Part shown: in pieces, positions 61,982 to 64,000 of the stretch
Position numbering within the stretch: the first letter of the stretch is position 1
How the letters are laid out: every line of letters begins with the position of its first letter
NCBI GenBank assembly: GCA_963771175.1
Contig: CAVYSY010000001.1
Location: 32,001 to 96,000 of the forward strand
From: an uncultured delta proteobacterium
GTDB taxonomy: Bacteria > Myxococcota > Myxococcia > Myxococcales > Myxococcaceae
Direction: 5' to 3'
Length of the DNA: 64,000 bases
Made by a program: the position numbers and the translations under genes
The notes under the pieces: generated by a model
What the model was told of the DNA's origin: nothing
The model's database searches: none
What the model saw: only the letters and a program-made list of their open reading frames with translations

Positions 61982-62794
61982 ATGATTCCGCTCGTTCTGC
62001 TCGGGAGTGGTTACACGTTGACGCGGCTGGCGAGTGGGGAGGTGCTCCGCGGGCGTCGCGTGCTGGCGGTGACCCGGGACGAGTCTCGCCGGGAGGCGCT
62101 GTCCCGCGAGGGCGTCCAGCTCCTCTCCCTGGAAGACGCCGTGGCCTCGTCGAAGGAGGCCCAGGTCGTGGTCTCGATTCCTCCGGAGGCGGGGCTCGAC
62201 GCCTCCCTCGCCGGGTCGTTGGAGCGCAGCGGCCCCTCGCGCCTCGTCTACCTCTCCTCCACGGGCGTCTACGGCGGCGCGCGGGGATACGTGGACGAAG
62301 ACACCCCCGTGGACCCCTCTGCTCCGAACGCCCGGGGCCGCCTGGAGGCGGAGGCGCGCTATCGCCGGCTCGGCGGCATCTCCCTGCGCATCGCGGGCAT
62401 CTACGGTCCCGGCCGGGGTCTGCACGAGCGCATCCGCTCCGGGACGTACCGGCTCCCCGAGAGTGGGGGAGGCCGCATCTCCCGGGTCCATGTGGACGAC
62501 CTGGTGGAGGCCATCCGGGTGGTGCTGGAGCGGGGCGAGCCTGGGGGGACGTACTGCGTGGCGGATGACCGGCCGGCGACGCAGGCGGAGACGGTCGGGT
62601 GGTTGTGCGCGCGGCTCGGGCTGCCGCTTCCACCGACGGTGCCGCTGGCTTCACTGCCCGAGTCACTCCGGGGGGACCGGGCCATCTCCAATGCCCGGCT
62701 GAAGGCGCTGGGGTGGCGGCCGCGCTATCCGGACTTCATCGCGGGTTTCTCGGCCCTCCTGGACGCTACTTCATCCTCACTAATGCCCCGCTGA
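61982..62794 (+). CDS. NAD-dependent epimerase/dehydratase (atypical SDR)
   Basis: LGSGY, YLSSTGVYG, RIAGIYGPGR, RVHVDD, SNARLK.LGW. Confidence 0.88.
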   Translation: MIPLVLLGSGYTLTRLASGEVLRGRRVLAVTRDESRREALSREGVQLLSLEDAVASSKEAQVVVSIPPEAGLDASLAGSLERSGPSRLVYLSSTGVYGGARGYVDEDTPVDPSAPNARGRLEAEARYRRLGGISLRIAGIYGPGRGLHERIRSGTYRLPESGGGRISRVHVDDLVEAIRVVLERGEPGGTYCVADDRPATQAETVGWLCARLGLPLPPTVPLASLPESLRGDRAISNARLKALGWRPRYPDFIAGFSALLDATSSSLMPR

Positions 62795-62958
62795 AGAAGG
62801 ACCTTCGTGGCGCCGGGGCCCGGTCCACGGCGTGTGCGTCGCCCCGCGCTTTTCCGGGTTTTCAGCGGACCCCGTGACCTGTCAGGCTCGTGGATCCGTG
62901 CTGTAGACTCCTGACCGGCAGCACCGGCCCAGAATCTGGATCGGCGCGAAGGGGGCAT

Positions 62959-63552
62959 ATGTCGTCCAAGCTGTTAGCGGCATTCAACGAGGGCGTGAGC
63001 CTCTCGATGTCCGGCAACCACGAGGCCGCGCTCCAGGCGTTCGACCGCGTTCTGGCGCAGGATCCCAACGACGTGCTGGCGATGAGCGCCAAGGGCTCGG
63101 AGTACGCCAGCCTGGGACGCCCGCGCGAGGCGCTGAAGTGCTTCGAGCGCGCCATCGACCTGGACCCCGAGACGGCGGAGCACTACCGCAACGCGGCGCT
63201 CTGCCAGCTCGAGCTGGACGAGCCGGAGCTGGCGAGGAACCTGCTGGAGCAGGCCCTGGCGCTCAACACCGAGAAGGCCTGGCGCGAGGCGAGCGCGGTG
63301 GAGATCGCCAACCTCGGCGAGGCGCTGCTGACGGAGTCGGGCAAGAACCGGACGCGGGGCATCGGGCTGACGGGCAAGGCGCGCTACCGGCACGCCCGGC
63401 ACGTGCTGGAGGTGGCGATGGAGCTGAACCCGGGGCTGGCGGAGGCGGCCAGGTCCCTGGCGGAGGTCTGGGCGCACCTCGGCGACACGGAGAAGCGCGA
63501 CCAGTACACCCAGCTCGCGGGCCGGCTGCAGCGCGCCGCCACCACCGTCTGA
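62959..63552 (+). CDS. TPR protein
   Basis: Repeats such as EAL.CFERAIDLDP. Confidence 0.85.
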   Translation: MSSKLLAAFNEGVSLSMSGNHEAALQAFDRVLAQDPNDVLAMSAKGSEYASLGRPREALKCFERAIDLDPETAEHYRNAALCQLELDEPELARNLLEQALALNTEKAWREASAVEIANLGEALLTESGKNRTRGIGLTGKARYRHARHVLEVAMELNPGLAEAARSLAEVWAHLGDTEKRDQYTQLAGRLQRAATTV

Positions 63553-63553
63553 G

Positions 63554-63997
63554 TCAGAGCGCGCGCCACATCAGGTAGTGCGGGCCGATGCCGGGCAGGT
63601 CGAACTCCTGTCCCTCCACGGCGAAGTCCAGCGCCCGGTAGAAGCCCGAGGCCGTCGTCCGCGCGTTGCACCACAGTCGGGTGCCGCCGTGACGCGCCGC
63701 GTGATCGATGCAGGCCCGCAGCAGCGCCGCCCCGTGACCCTTGCCCTGCTTGGCGACGAGCACCGCCATGCCCCGCAGGCGCCACTCGGTGGGTGACTGG
63801 GAGCCGGGCCGGGCCTCCCGGTAGAGCGACGCCACCCCGAGTTGCTGGCCCTCCACGTACAGCCCCAGGTGCAGCGTGTCCGGAGCCTCGTCCCCCGGGT
63901 AGACCAGCTCCTCGGGGCGCTGGTGGGGGCGGAGCACGACGTGGCGGAGGTAGCGCGTCTCGGCGGCGGGGATTCGGCGGAGCTCGTAGGGGGGCAT
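63554..63997 (-). CDS. GNAT N-acetyltransferase
   Basis: LRGMAV...QGKGHG, WCNAR..A.GFY. Confidence 0.9.
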   Translation of the reverse strand: MPPYELRRIPAAETRYLRHVVLRPHQRPEELVYPGDEAPDTLHLGLYVEGQQLGVASLYREARPGSQSPTEWRLRGMAVLVAKQGKGHGAALLRACIDHAARHGGTRLWCNARTTASGFYRALDFAVEGQEFDLPGIGPHYLMWRAL

Positions 63998-64000
63998 GGC

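Overview
High-GC myxobacterial DNA, most likely Archangiaceae/Cystobacterineae-like (inferred from gene content and codon style). The left ~22 kb looks accessory. It holds a vWA/glycan-binding/TPR protein, a polysaccharide deacetylase, lipid-modifying enzymes, a TMTC-like glycosyltransferase, a Sel1 protein, and a SulP transporter followed by a six-gene energy-converting hydrogenase-related (Ehr/Hyf-like) operon. After that come DUF2892, a cytochrome c and three secreted lipoprotein genes including a multicopper oxidase. tRNA-Glu and tRNA-Lys mark the switch to mostly core genes: greB, PIN-PhoH, dnaK, a MoxR/RavA AAA + vWA + PspA operon, a diadenylate cyclase, dksA, an FHA/kinase/FHA trio, relA/spoT, ridA, a triple-DsbA protein, an ABC transporter, a PBP, an IorAB-XdhC-MocA molybdoenzyme cluster, a sigma54 response regulator, deaD and others. 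The most striking signal is the SulP-linked Ehr-like complex: its large subunit lacks the NiFe cysteines and its small subunit has lost all four canonical proximal [4Fe-4S] cysteines. Many conserved genes carry single-base frameshifts that are most likely sequencing or consensus errors, so gene spans below are merged across them. All calls come from motif recognition; no database searches were run.
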